Shown here: positions 16,066-24,445 of the stretch, piece by piece
How the letters are laid out: each line of letters opens with the position of its first letter
How positions within the stretch are numbered: position 1 is the stretch's first letter
Assembly: GCA_964496765.1 (NCBI GenBank)
Contig: CAZCAP010000001.1
Location: forward strand, 83,814 to 115,813
Length of the DNA: 32,000 bases
Source of the DNA: an uncultured archaeon
GTDB taxonomy: Archaea > Iainarchaeota > Iainarchaeia > Iainarchaeales > CSSED10-239
Direction of reading: 5' to 3'
Translations under genes and position numbers: made by a program
The notes under the pieces: generated by a model
Told to the model about the DNA's origin: nothing
The model's input: only the letters and a program-made list of their open reading frames with translations
Database searches by the model: none

Positions 16066-16854
16066 TTATATATCTAAACCTTTAAATAGATTATTGTTTT
16101 CTTCGGCTTCTTGGAATGGAATACGTAATTGACTTCTAACTTTTTTTTCTGCTCTATAATCAACAGTTTTTTCTAACACTGGGTTTAGTCTTCTTAGCCA
16201 ATCAATTAATTCTCTTAGTTTCTTAAAATCAGGATTAGTTATTAATCTATTACATTTAACTGTATATTCATGTGTAAACTGATGGAATAGTTTTCTTAGG
16301 AATTCATCATAACCAAGAATATTAAAATCTGATATTTTATTAACAACACCTAATAATTCCTTTTCTAAATTTTCTTTGTATACCTTATAATTTGCATGTT
16401 TAAAAACATCCGCTTCTTTTAATATTTTAAATAATGCAGTTGTATGTAAATCCATTTTTTTCTTATTATTTCGAAGTTGGGAAGCATATTTTTCCAGGGT
16501 TCTAAAATTAGATATTATTTCCTTTTGATTACGTAACTTTGCATTCATTGATTTTTTGGTTTTCTGTTGTTCAGTTAAATTTTCAATGGACAGACTTTTA
16601 CCTTTCCTATTAACAGGATCAATAAATATTGGTCTATAATGACTATCATTTACTTTCAGATGATACTTAAGAGTTCTACCAGAATCTGAAACTTTTTTAT
16701 TATATTTATCTAAAAGAGTGATTAAATCAAACTTTGGTTTGTATCTTACTATCTTTTTATTTGATTTACTGATTTTAAGAATTCTATGAACATTTAATTC
16801 AAACTCTGGATATTTCATTTCCTTTGGTGTTCTTGGTCTTTTAACTGATGGCAT
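16066..16854 (-). CDS. Orphan basic/helical protein ending in an FtsZ-like C-terminal peptide
   Basis: 262-aa ORF starting MPSVKRPRTPKE, 17 nt downstream of the agmatinase gene. The C-terminus ...EENNNLFKGLDI resembles the FtsZ C-terminus ...[10 protein letters not shown]. Confidence 0.6.
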   Translation of the reverse strand: MPSVKRPRTPKEMKYPEFELNVHRILKISKSNKKIVRYKPKFDLITLLDKYNKKVSDSGRTLKYHLKVNDSHYRPIFIDPVNRKGKSLSIENLTEQQKTKKSMNAKLRNQKEIISNFRTLEKYASQLRNNKKKMDLHTTALFKILKEADVFKHANYKVYKENLEKELLGVVNKISDFNILGYDEFLRKLFHQFTHEYTVKCNRLITNPDFKKLRELIDWLRRLNPVLEKTVDYRAEKKVRSQLRIPFQEAEENNNLFKGLDI

Positions 16855-16871
16855 GTACTATTCCTCTGTCC

Positions 16872-17807
16872 TTATCTTAAATAATATTTATATCCAACAA
16901 GTTTATAGACTAATTTTGCTAGGGTATAGCTTTCAGGAAAATAATCATCTTCCTTCCCTGTTGGTGTAAACTCAACAATATCTGCACCAATTACATTCTT
17001 TTCTCTAAATATAACTCGAAGAAGAGAAAGAAGTTGGTTATAGTTTATTCCTCCAGGCTCAAGTGCTGCTGTGTTTCTAATAATTGATGGATCAAGAACA
17101 TCCACATCAATTGAGATAAAGATATTCTTTGGTAGTTTTTTTAATTGATTAAGAAATAATTTGTTTTTAGATAAATCATAAAACGTGCTTTGATTGTCCA
17201 AGAAGTCTTGCATTTTTATTAAAGAGATATTTTTATTATCTTTACTTTTTAGAAATTCATTTTCATAAAAGTCCATTGTTCTAACTCCAACAATCAAAGA
17301 TTTATGTTTTTCAGAAATTATTTTTGTAGTACATGCCTGCCACCAGGTATCCTTTCCCCATGAATCATAGCAATCAGGATGAGTATCAAAAACAATTATT
17401 CCAAATTCTTCATTCTTCTTTTCATAGATCTTTTCAAAAGCAGAGATTAGAGGAATAGTTGTTGAATGATCAGATCCTAGAATAATTGGAAACTTATCCT
17501 TAGTTAGTTTAAGATCAGAGAGATAATTAACTATCTTTGGAGATATCTTAATAAAATCCTTATCTTTAAGAGAGAAAATATTTTCTGTATATATCCCTTG
17601 GAGATAAGATTCTTTTCCAAGTTCAAGATCAAAATAATCAATATTAGTGGATGCTTTAAGGATTACTTCTGGTGCCCTGTAGGCTCCACTACCATGAGCA
17701 AGAGGGATATCATAGGAAATTGGTATGATTATAACCTTTGATTTCTTTTTGTCACTATGTTCCTTTGGAACATTCATAAAATTTAATTTTTTTACCATTG
17801 GGATCAT
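16872..17807 (-). CDS. speB: Agmatinase / ureohydrolase family
   Basis: The arginase-fold Mn-ligand blocks are GSDHSTT, VFDTHPDCYD, SIDVDVLDPS and GADIVEFTP. The 4-nt start/stop overlap with the upstream decarboxylase supports the agmatine substrate call only by context. Confidence 0.82.
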   Translation of the reverse strand: MIPMVKKLNFMNVPKEHSDKKKSKVIIIPISYDIPLAHGSGAYRAPEVILKASTNIDYFDLELGKESYLQGIYTENIFSLKDKDFIKISPKIVNYLSDLKLTKDKFPIILGSDHSTTIPLISAFEKIYEKKNEEFGIIVFDTHPDCYDSWGKDTWWQACTTKIISEKHKSLIVGVRTMDFYENEFLKSKDNKNISLIKMQDFLDNQSTFYDLSKNKLFLNQLKKLPKNIFISIDVDVLDPSIIRNTAALEPGGINYNQLLSLLRVIFREKNVIGADIVEFTPTGKEDDYFPESYTLAKLVYKLVGYKYYLR

Positions 17808-18868
17808 TCCTCAAACTCTATTTCTGGTCTTTCTAAATTAAAAAGATCTGTGTAATAGATGTAAGCTCCTGCATTTAAAAAAATTAATTTAGCTCCTATC
17901 TTCGGTTCTTTTCCTTCTTTGAAATACACCCTATACCTAAATATATCTTCTGATGCTGGGGTTAATCCCTTTATTGTGAAAGGAGTTCCTTTTTCAGCAT
18001 CCACATCATCAACCTCACCATCAACCAATAATTTAATGTGGGTTACAAGTGTATCCATTGATGAATTGAAAAGAGAAGCGTCTATAAAGATGGTATTATC
18101 CACAATATTCTTGATTGTACTAACAAGCTTACCAGCAGGAGCAGCAATTGCTCTTCCTGGCTCAATAATTAATTGAATATTATTTTTATTTACAAAAGTT
18201 TTTAGTTCTTTTATTTCTTTGTAAACATTATCAATTACAGAAACACTTATGTTCTTGTAGGGAACAGGAATTCCTCCACCAATATCTAAATATTTAATTA
18301 TACTTATTGTTTCTTTGGTTAATGAATCAGATAATTCATTAATTAATTCCCATTCAGATAGATTTTGAGTTTTTCTATGAACATGCACACCAAGTGCTTC
18401 AATTTTTTTATTACCTTTTAGTTTAGAAATTAATTCATTTACTTCTTTGGAATAGAATCCATAAACAAAATACCTTCCTGTTTGAATTGTGTATTCTTTT
18501 AATCTCATTCTTAAAAGAAGAGTGATTTTTGTTTCTTGGGAGGTATCACTGTCCAAGAAATATAACAAGTTATTTAAATCATTTTGATTATCAACAATAA
18601 ATTTATTTATTTTATTTTTAAATAAAATATCAAGTTCTTCTTTTTCTGGAGAATGGAGCATAAACCAAATCTTTGTTTTATCTTTAACATAGATTAATTC
18701 GTTTATATGATGAAGTAGGAAACTTGATGTTGTGTTGTCTTCCAGGATTGTTGTGAGATATGGATTAGATTTAACACTATAGGCAATAATATTTGATAAT
18801 TCACTTAATTTATTATACTCTGATATTACCTTTGACTTTGAAAATATAAATTTTGCTTTTGACAACAT
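17804..18868 (-). CDS. PLP-dependent Orn/Arg/DAP-decarboxylase-fold enzyme (putative arginine decarboxylase)
   Basis: The PLP-lysine block is AYSVKSNP, the phosphate-binding block is DIGGGIPVPY, and EPGRAIAAPAG and NAGAYIYY are present. The usual G-P-x-C-x-x-x-D block reads GLTPASED, so there is no Cys. Substrate is inferred from the neighbouring gene. Confidence 0.75.
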   Translation of the reverse strand: MLSKAKFIFSKSKVISEYNKLSELSNIIAYSVKSNPYLTTILEDNTTSSFLLHHINELIYVKDKTKIWFMLHSPEKEELDILFKNKINKFIVDNQNDLNNLLYFLDSDTSQETKITLLLRMRLKEYTIQTGRYFVYGFYSKEVNELISKLKGNKKIEALGVHVHRKTQNLSEWELINELSDSLTKETISIIKYLDIGGGIPVPYKNISVSVIDNVYKEIKELKTFVNKNNIQLIIEPGRAIAAPAGKLVSTIKNIVDNTIFIDASLFNSSMDTLVTHIKLLVDGEVDDVDAEKGTPFTIKGLTPASEDIFRYRVYFKEGKEPKIGAKLIFLNAGAYIYYTDLFNLERPEIEFEE

Positions 18869-18881
18869 AGTTTAAACCATT

Positions 18882-19538
18882 TTATTTTATTTCACAAACA
18901 TATTCAGGGAAACTATCAACTAAATCTGTTGTTGACATCTTTTTTGGCTCCAATAAACCAGTTTTTTTGTTTTTAACTAAATAATCTATAACTCCTTTTT
19001 TAAAATTAAGATGAGTGACCTTCTCAATCCCTAAAGATAAAAGATCTGTTCTATACAAAATAACCGCTCCCTTACTTGTTGGCTTAAATCCAAGATGCTC
19101 TGCAAATCCAGGAAAGCTTTCAAACATCCAAGTATTTATAACTATTTTTTTAATATTATTTTTTTTACAATGTTTTTTAAGATAATTAATTGAAGTTTTA
19201 ATTTGATGAAGATCGCTTATTGTTTTAGGACCCTTCCGCTCTATCTTTTCTATATATAATATTTTTCCATCTCGTTTTGATTCAACAAAATAATTTTTTG
19301 AAAAAATTCCAACATTATCTCTCCAAACAATAGTATGATAATTATTATTTTCAATGAAGCTATGACCTCTTTCATATATATCTCTAAATAGTTCTTTGTG
19401 TGATTTCCTAATTTTATCATTCTTGATTATATTTTCATTAATTACTACTTTTTTATTATACTTCTTATCTAAGTAATCAAATACTTCATTTACTCTTTCT
19501 TGTTTCCTAGTTGTTTTACGAAAAGGTATAAATCTCAT
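18882..19538 (-). CDS. Orphan protein inside the dhs-decarboxylase-agmatinase cluster, weakly GNAT-like
   Basis: 218-aa ORF. ...IEKIERKGPKTISDLHQIKTSINYLKK...IVINTWMFESFPGFAEHLGFKP loosely recalls the GNAT acetyl-CoA-binding region and the terminal ...lGF motif. The resemblance is weak. Confidence 0.45.
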   Translation of the reverse strand: MRFIPFRKTTRKQERVNEVFDYLDKKYNKKVVINENIIKNDKIRKSHKELFRDIYERGHSFIENNNYHTIVWRDNVGIFSKNYFVESKRDGKILYIEKIERKGPKTISDLHQIKTSINYLKKHCKKNNIKKIVINTWMFESFPGFAEHLGFKPTSKGAVILYRTDLLSLGIEKVTHLNFKKGVIDYLVKNKKTGLLEPKKMSTTDLVDSFPEYVCEIK

Positions 19539-19550
19539 ATAATCATCAAA

Positions 19551-20489
19551 TTACTTAATTATTCCTTCATTAACTAGATCATCCAATGCTTTTGTTATTG
19601 CTATTGGGAAAGTAATGGTCACGTCTCCAATCACAGTGACTGCGTCTGCATCATCCTTTATCTTACCCCAGGATTTTGCTTCATCTGTTGTTGCTCCTGA
19701 AAGTGAACCAGACTTAGGAGATGCAGTTGTCATATAGAGTGCATAGTCTGCTCCTCCGTTAATCAAAGTTGTTAAAATCACGTGATGCTTAGAAATTCCA
19801 CCACCAAGAGCAATTATTCCTTTCTTCTCATCATGACTTGTTGAAAAAATAATATCTTTAAAATCATTTATAATATCCACATTGAAATCAGGATGATCTT
19901 GTTTAAACATATAAAGATGGAACCCAAATGAACCATCAGTTATTGCAGGACAGAAAATTGGAACATTATTCTTTGCTGCTTGATAGAGAATAGAGTTTTC
20001 ATCATTTAATTTTAATCCAATCTCTTTAATCAATTCAGAGATTTGCCAAACTTTCTTAATACCATACAAATCCAATAAAAGTTTTTGCATCTTTCCTTCA
20101 AAATTAGAATAGCTCTCACTTGTTATATAAATATCCCCAACCCTATTATGTCCCTTCTCATATAATTCTTCATCATTTGAAGAAAAGGTACCTAAAATAA
20201 ACTTTTCTCCATCTGCTTTCATAATATCTTCTTCAATTGAACCAACAGTAGTTACAATAACATCACACATTTTTAATTTAATTAGTTGTGCAAAAAAACC
20301 TCTAAGTCCAGAAGTCACCATATTAGAAGTAAATGAAAAATATATTTTTGCTCCATTCTTTTTCATTTTTTTAATTAACTCACTAGCTCTATATAGTTCA
20401 TAGGATTGAAAACCAACCCCAGAATAGGAATTAACTAATTCTGATACTGTTAGTCCTTTCTTCCAAAATAAATCCTTTGTGTATTGCAT
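19551..20489 (-). CDS. dys: Deoxyhypusine synthase
   Basis: The start is taken at MQYTKDLFWKKG, 24 codons downstream of the track's ORF start. Motifs are GGGISKHH and TTDEAKSWGKI, which carries the catalytic Lys context EAxSWGK. Confidence 0.9.
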   Translation of the reverse strand: MQYTKDLFWKKGLTVSELVNSYSGVGFQSYELYRASELIKKMKKNGAKIYFSFTSNMVTSGLRGFFAQLIKLKMCDVIVTTVGSIEEDIMKADGEKFILGTFSSNDEELYEKGHNRVGDIYITSESYSNFEGKMQKLLLDLYGIKKVWQISELIKEIGLKLNDENSILYQAAKNNVPIFCPAITDGSFGFHLYMFKQDHPDFNVDIINDFKDIIFSTSHDEKKGIIALGGGISKHHVILTTLINGGADYALYMTTASPKSGSLSGATTDEAKSWGKIKDDADAVTVIGDVTITFPIAITKALDDLVNEGIIK

Positions 20490-20602
20490 AATTTTATCAC
20501 ATAATAAGTATATTATATATATTTTATGAGAAAAAGCAAATATAAATATATTTATTAACAAAAAGCAGACTTTTTAAACCTAATTTACATATAAATAGAT
20601 AT

Positions 20603-21247
20603 ATGCCTTTAAGAAAGCCAATATCTGTTCCAGAACCAAGAATATTTAAATATTCAGCTATTGGTAGAAACAAATTTTCAAAAAAATTAAAACTGGATCC
20701 AGAAATTAATCAAAAGGAAACAGCTCTACTTATATTACCAGGAAAAAATGGTATTCATGAAATTGCAAGAGAAAGAAGAAAAAAAGCAGTTGTTGTTGAT
20801 GATCAAAAACTTGAAAACAATTTAAATAATTTTTTTTTAAAGATGCATTCAAAGGGAATACTTAACTTTAGAAACAGAGCGCGTATTCTACACACCCACA
20901 TCATGGATTACAAAAAAGTAATCAAGGGTGTTGAGAAATTTGTTGCTCTCCCAAGCATTTCTGATATAAAGGATCTAATGAATAGCTATCAAAGACTAAG
21001 ACATGGCTATGAAATAATAGGTGTGTTTGATTCAAAAAGAAATGAATGTGGATACACAGTAATAAAAATAAACAGAGAAAAGATAAGTAAAGATAATCTT
21101 AAGTTTATTGCTGATCTTAAAGAAAACTCACAGGGGGATAAAGAAATTCTTTATTCTAGATTATCAAGAATGGGACTTGAGATATACTTTACTCCAGTGC
21201 CAGGATACAAGCTTGATAGAAATTTTAATTATGTTAAAGAAAAATAA
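20603..21247 (+). CDS. Orphan protein, member 2 of the 3-copy H-T-H...LPSISDI family
   Basis: 214-aa ORF divergent from dhs. It shares the HTH...LPSISDI block, following hydrophobic strands and the C-terminal YFTPVPGYKL block with ORFs 563-1297 and 26368-27057. Confidence 0.6.
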   Translation: MPLRKPISVPEPRIFKYSAIGRNKFSKKLKLDPEINQKETALLILPGKNGIHEIARERRKKAVVVDDQKLENNLNNFFLKMHSKGILNFRNRARILHTHIMDYKKVIKGVEKFVALPSISDIKDLMNSYQRLRHGYEIIGVFDSKRNECGYTVIKINREKISKDNLKFIADLKENSQGDKEILYSRLSRMGLEIYFTPVPGYKLDRNFNYVKEK

Positions 21248-21261
21248 AAAGAGGAAATTAA

Positions 21262-21444
21262 ATGACAAAAAGAATATATAGATCTAAAAAAGATATGATA
21301 CTAGGAGGAGTTTGTGGTGGATTTGCAAACTACTTTAATCTTGATCCGGTTTTAGTTAGGATTATATGGTTCGTCCTATGTTTCGTGGGAGGAATAGGAA
21401 TCATAGCATACATTTTATTTTGGATATTCACACCACTTAAATAA
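21262..21444 (+). CDS. PspC-domain small membrane protein
   Basis: 60 aa. LGGVCGGFANYFNLDPVLVRIIWFVL is the typical PspC-domain signature, and it is followed by a transmembrane helix. Confidence 0.8.
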   Translation: MTKRIYRSKKDMILGGVCGGFANYFNLDPVLVRIIWFVLCFVGGIGIIAYILFWIFTPLK

Positions 21445-21463
21445 ATAAAAACAGGAGGGAAAT

Positions 21464-21889
21464 ATGATTAAACATTGTGTTGGTGCAGTAATCTATAACT
21501 CAGAAGGAAAGATTTTTCTAATGACCTCTGAAAAATGGGTTGGGTATATTGTTCCTGGTGGAAAAATAGAAGAGGGAGAGGATGAAATTAGTGCGCTTAG
21601 AAGAGAAATTAAAGAAGAACTTGGAATAGAAATAATAGATATTAAAAAAGTTGGAGAAAAAGTTAAATCTCCAAGTAAAGATTTTAAGAAAGATAGTACA
21701 ATAACAATTCATTTCATTGATTTCTTCGCAAAAGCAGAAAGCACGAGAATAATTCCAAATCAAGAAGTTAGTTCCTGGGATTGGTATTCAATTGATGATG
21801 CACTTAAGTTAGCTCTACTGGATACCACTAGAGAATTTATTGAAAAATTTAAGAAATATGTAACCAGTGGTTTAATTAGATTTGATTAA
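21464..21889 (+). CDS. NUDIX hydrolase
   Basis: The Nudix box is GGKIEEGEDEISALRREIKEELGI (G-x5-E-x7-R-E-U-x-E-E-x-G-U). GGAGGG lies 8 nt upstream of the ATG. Confidence 0.88.
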   Translation: MIKHCVGAVIYNSEGKIFLMTSEKWVGYIVPGGKIEEGEDEISALRREIKEELGIEIIDIKKVGEKVKSPSKDFKKDSTITIHFIDFFAKAESTRIIPNQEVSSWDWYSIDDALKLALLDTTREFIEKFKKYVTSGLIRFD

Positions 21890-22502
21890 CCTGAGGCATA
21901 CCAAACTTAAAATTTGCTTGTGGAAAGTAATCAACCCTGGGAATCTTTGATTTTTGAAATCTTAGAATATCATCTTTTTCTGTTATTCCACTATTATGAA
22001 GCATTCCATTCATTTTTGCAAAGATTATATTTGTTGCAACACAATCCCCCATTGCCCTATGTGCCTGTGGGTTACTTACCTCAAAATAATCACACAAAGA
22101 AGCAAGCTTTCTTGATGCTAGATCAGGAAGTAGTCTTCTAGAAAGCCTAATTGTACACAAGCGATTATTCAAAAGAGATCTTTCTAAATGTTTTTCTGAA
22201 TTATGATTTATAAATCCAAAATCAAATCCAACATTATGTCCAACCATAACATCTTCTCCTAAAAAATTAAGAAATCCAGGAAGAACTTGTTTAATTGGTT
22301 TCTCATACCTAACCATTTCATTATCAATTCCTGTTAAATTAGTAATAAACTCAGGAATTAAACATTCTGGATTAACAAGAGATTGAAACTTATCAACAAC
22401 CCTATTGTCTCTTACTCTAAGAGCTGCAATTTCAGTTATCTTACAAAAATGTTTTGATAGTCCAGTTGTTTCAACATCAAGAACAACATAATCTGTAAGC
22501 AT
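21876..22502 (-). CDS. DEDDh 3'-5' exonuclease (DnaQ/epsilon-like)
   Basis: Exo I is VLDVETTGL, Exo II is GHNVGFDFGF and Exo III is HRAMGDC. Its 3' end overlaps the convergent NUDIX gene by 14 nt. Confidence 0.85.
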   Translation of the reverse strand: MLTDYVVLDVETTGLSKHFCKITEIAALRVRDNRVVDKFQSLVNPECLIPEFITNLTGIDNEMVRYEKPIKQVLPGFLNFLGEDVMVGHNVGFDFGFINHNSEKHLERSLLNNRLCTIRLSRRLLPDLASRKLASLCDYFEVSNPQAHRAMGDCVATNIIFAKMNGMLHNSGITEKDDILRFQKSKIPRVDYFPQANFKFGMPQVNQI

Positions 22503-22540
22503 ATTTTATCTTTCCTTATTTAATTTATAGAAAATAGGTT

Positions 22541-22556
22541 TATCTTCTAGAAGATA
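22541..22556. promoter_or_regulatory. Perfect 16-bp palindrome TATCTTCTAGAAGATA in the exonuclease promoter region (candidate operator)
   Basis: Read directly from the sequence. It lies between a TATA-like TTTATAAA (about 22570-22578) and the exonuclease ATG (22502), near the predicted transcription start. Confidence 0.4.
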
Positions 22557-22589
22557 GTAAAACAAAATATTTATAAAAAGATTTAAATT

Positions 22590-22642
22590 AAAAGAAAAAA
22601 AAAGAAAAAGGAAGGAAATTAGATGAGATTTATATCTCATCT
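22590..22642 (-). terminator. ftsZ 3' hairpin plus oligo-U tract
   Basis: The inverted repeat AGATGAGAT/ATCTCATCT (22621-22629 and 22634-22642) spans the ftsZ stop codon. On the transcript it is followed by a long T-rich run, seen as the plus-strand A-run at 22590-22610. Confidence 0.5.
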
Positions 22643-23739
22643 AAACCGAAATCATTATCGTATGATCTTCTAGATCCACCCTTTGATGGCATTTGAGGAG
22701 AGTTCTTTCCAGTGAACATTCTACTACCTTTAATGAATGGTGACTTTACTCCTGTAAAGATTGCAATTACTTCAATCTTGTTCTCAAATGTAGGATCTAT
22801 TCTTGCACCCCAGATAACAGCTGCGTTTGGATCAATCTCATCTGTTAACATTTCACCAACAGCGTTTGCTTCTCCAAGTGTTAATTCAGTTCCACCTGTA
22901 ATGTGTAATAAACAACCAGATGCTCCTGTAATATCAACATCTAAAAGTGCATTCTTTAATGTGTCTTCAACAACTTCTTCAATCTTATTAACTGATTGTG
23001 ATTCTCCAACAGCAATAACAGATAATCCCTTACCGCCCATTACTGTTCTTATGTCTGCATAATCTAAGTTAATTAATGAAGGCTGTGTTATTGTTTCTGT
23101 AATTCCTCTTACTGTTCTAGCAATTACTTCATCAGCAACCCTGAAAGCATCTTGCATTGGTAAGTTTGGAACTAATTCAACTAATCTATTGTTATCAATT
23201 ATAATTACTGTATCACAAACATCCTTTAGTAACATAATTCCTTCTTCAGCTTTTACTAATCTTGCTCTTTCAAGTGCGAATGGATATGTAACAATAGCAA
23301 CAACAATAGCTCCTTGTCCTTTAGCTATTTGAGCGATTACTGGAGATGCTCCTGTTCCTGTTCCTCCACCCATACCTGTTGTGATGAAAAGCATATCAAC
23401 ACCATCAAGTATTTCTTCAAGTGCGCCCTTTGAAACTTCAGCAGCCTTAGCTCCGATTTCTGGATAAGCTCCTGCACCAAGTCCGTTTGTAACTGATTTT
23501 CCAATTAATAATTTTGTAATATCATCTGAAATTATTCCTAAGTGTTGTCTATCTGTATTAACAGCAACTAATTCTGCACCAGCAACTCCCATAGCTGAAA
23601 TTCTGTTTACAGAGTTGTTTCCTGCACCACCAACACCAATTACCATAATCTTTGGAGCTGCAAATTCTTCATTCTTATTAAAAGTAGCAGATCCTCCTGA
23701 TCCCTGACTATCTACTGCACTCGTTACAATTGATTTCAT
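22630..23739 (-). CDS. ftsZ: Cell division GTPase FtsZ
   Basis: GVGGAGNN, the tubulin signature [13 protein letters not shown] and NTD...D blocks are present. The C-terminal tail ends DNDFGLDEI. Confidence 0.95.
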   Translation of the reverse strand: MKSIVTSAVDSQGSGGSATFNKNEEFAAPKIMVIGVGGAGNNSVNRISAMGVAGAELVAVNTDRQHLGIISDDITKLLIGKSVTNGLGAGAYPEIGAKAAEVSKGALEEILDGVDMLFITTGMGGGTGTGASPVIAQIAKGQGAIVVAIVTYPFALERARLVKAEEGIMLLKDVCDTVIIIDNNRLVELVPNLPMQDAFRVADEVIARTVRGITETITQPSLINLDYADIRTVMGGKGLSVIAVGESQSVNKIEEVVEDTLKNALLDVDITGASGCLLHITGGTELTLGEANAVGEMLTDEIDPNAAVIWGARIDPTFENKIEVIAIFTGVKSPFIKGSRMFTGKNSPQMPSKGGSRRSYDNDFGLDEI

Positions 23740-23868
23740 TTAATACACCTCATATCTTTTTTTTCTTATTTACTTAAATAAACAACTAGAAAAGGCAGAA
23801 AAACACTCCTTTTCAAATATAACTGCTATAATACAGTTATTTCTTAGATATTATATATATATGAAAGG

Positions 23869-23877
23869 TTTTATAAA
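23869..23877 (+). promoter_or_regulatory. TATA box (TTTTATAAA) for SRP RNA
   Basis: It is centred about 29 nt upstream of the first paired nucleotide of the SRP RNA terminal helix (23902). Confidence 0.55.
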
Positions 23878-23897
23878 CCTATTGGTGCTTTACCTTT

Positions 23898-24170
23898 ATT
23901 TGAGCAGGTTGGGGGGTTTGTGGTCCCTTGTAACCGGAAATCCACATCACGCCGGAACTATACCTATTAGAAGGGGAACAAGCAATATGCTACCCTTTAT
24001 AAAATTGCTGACAATTCGTCCACGAAGATCGAATTTATTAGCTAACCCTGCCAGGTCCGGAAGGAAGCAGCAGTATTCTAATGGTTTGGTGCTTTATGGG
24101 TAACGGATTCGAGATCTTGTAAAGTCAAGTAGTAGATTAAACTGGTCTTCGACTAATGGGTGCTCATAAT
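23898..24170 (+). ncRNA. Signal recognition particle RNA (archaeal 7S type)
   Basis: The helix-8 core is CCAGGTCCGGAAGGAAGCAGC with a GGAA tetraloop (24051-24071). The terminal helix pairs GAGCA (23902-23906) with TGCTC (24161-24165). Helix-5 pairings are CCTATTAG (23963-23970) with CTAATGGG (24153-24160), and AAGATCGAAT with ATTCGAGATCTT. Two Alu-domain hairpins have complementary loops GTGG and CCAC. The ends are approximate to within about 5 nt. Track ORF 23861-24103 is spurious. Confidence 0.85.
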
Positions 24171-24445
24171 CTTTATTATTTCTGTTTCTTAAAAAAATCT
24201 TTGATTTATAGTTCTTTTTGTACTTAATTTTACTTAACACGATAAATAAGTGTAATATTAGCTTTAATTCTTAATCAAAGTGTATTTTTCCCTATTACAA
24301 AACAAGCTGAAAATCAAAGAAAAGTGAAATGTTTATATATATTTTTGTACATACTTATAATATATATAGCAAGATTACTTTTTCTAATCTTAATAAATTA
24401 AAATTAGTAATTAGTTGTTATTTAAAAAAGAGGAGTTGAAGCAAT

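Noticed and set aside
23861-24103. Track ORF 23861-24103 (+), 80 aa
   Set aside because: It overlaps the SRP RNA, including the helix-8 GGAA tetraloop core and the Alu-domain hairpins. Its start codon sits in the TATA box region.
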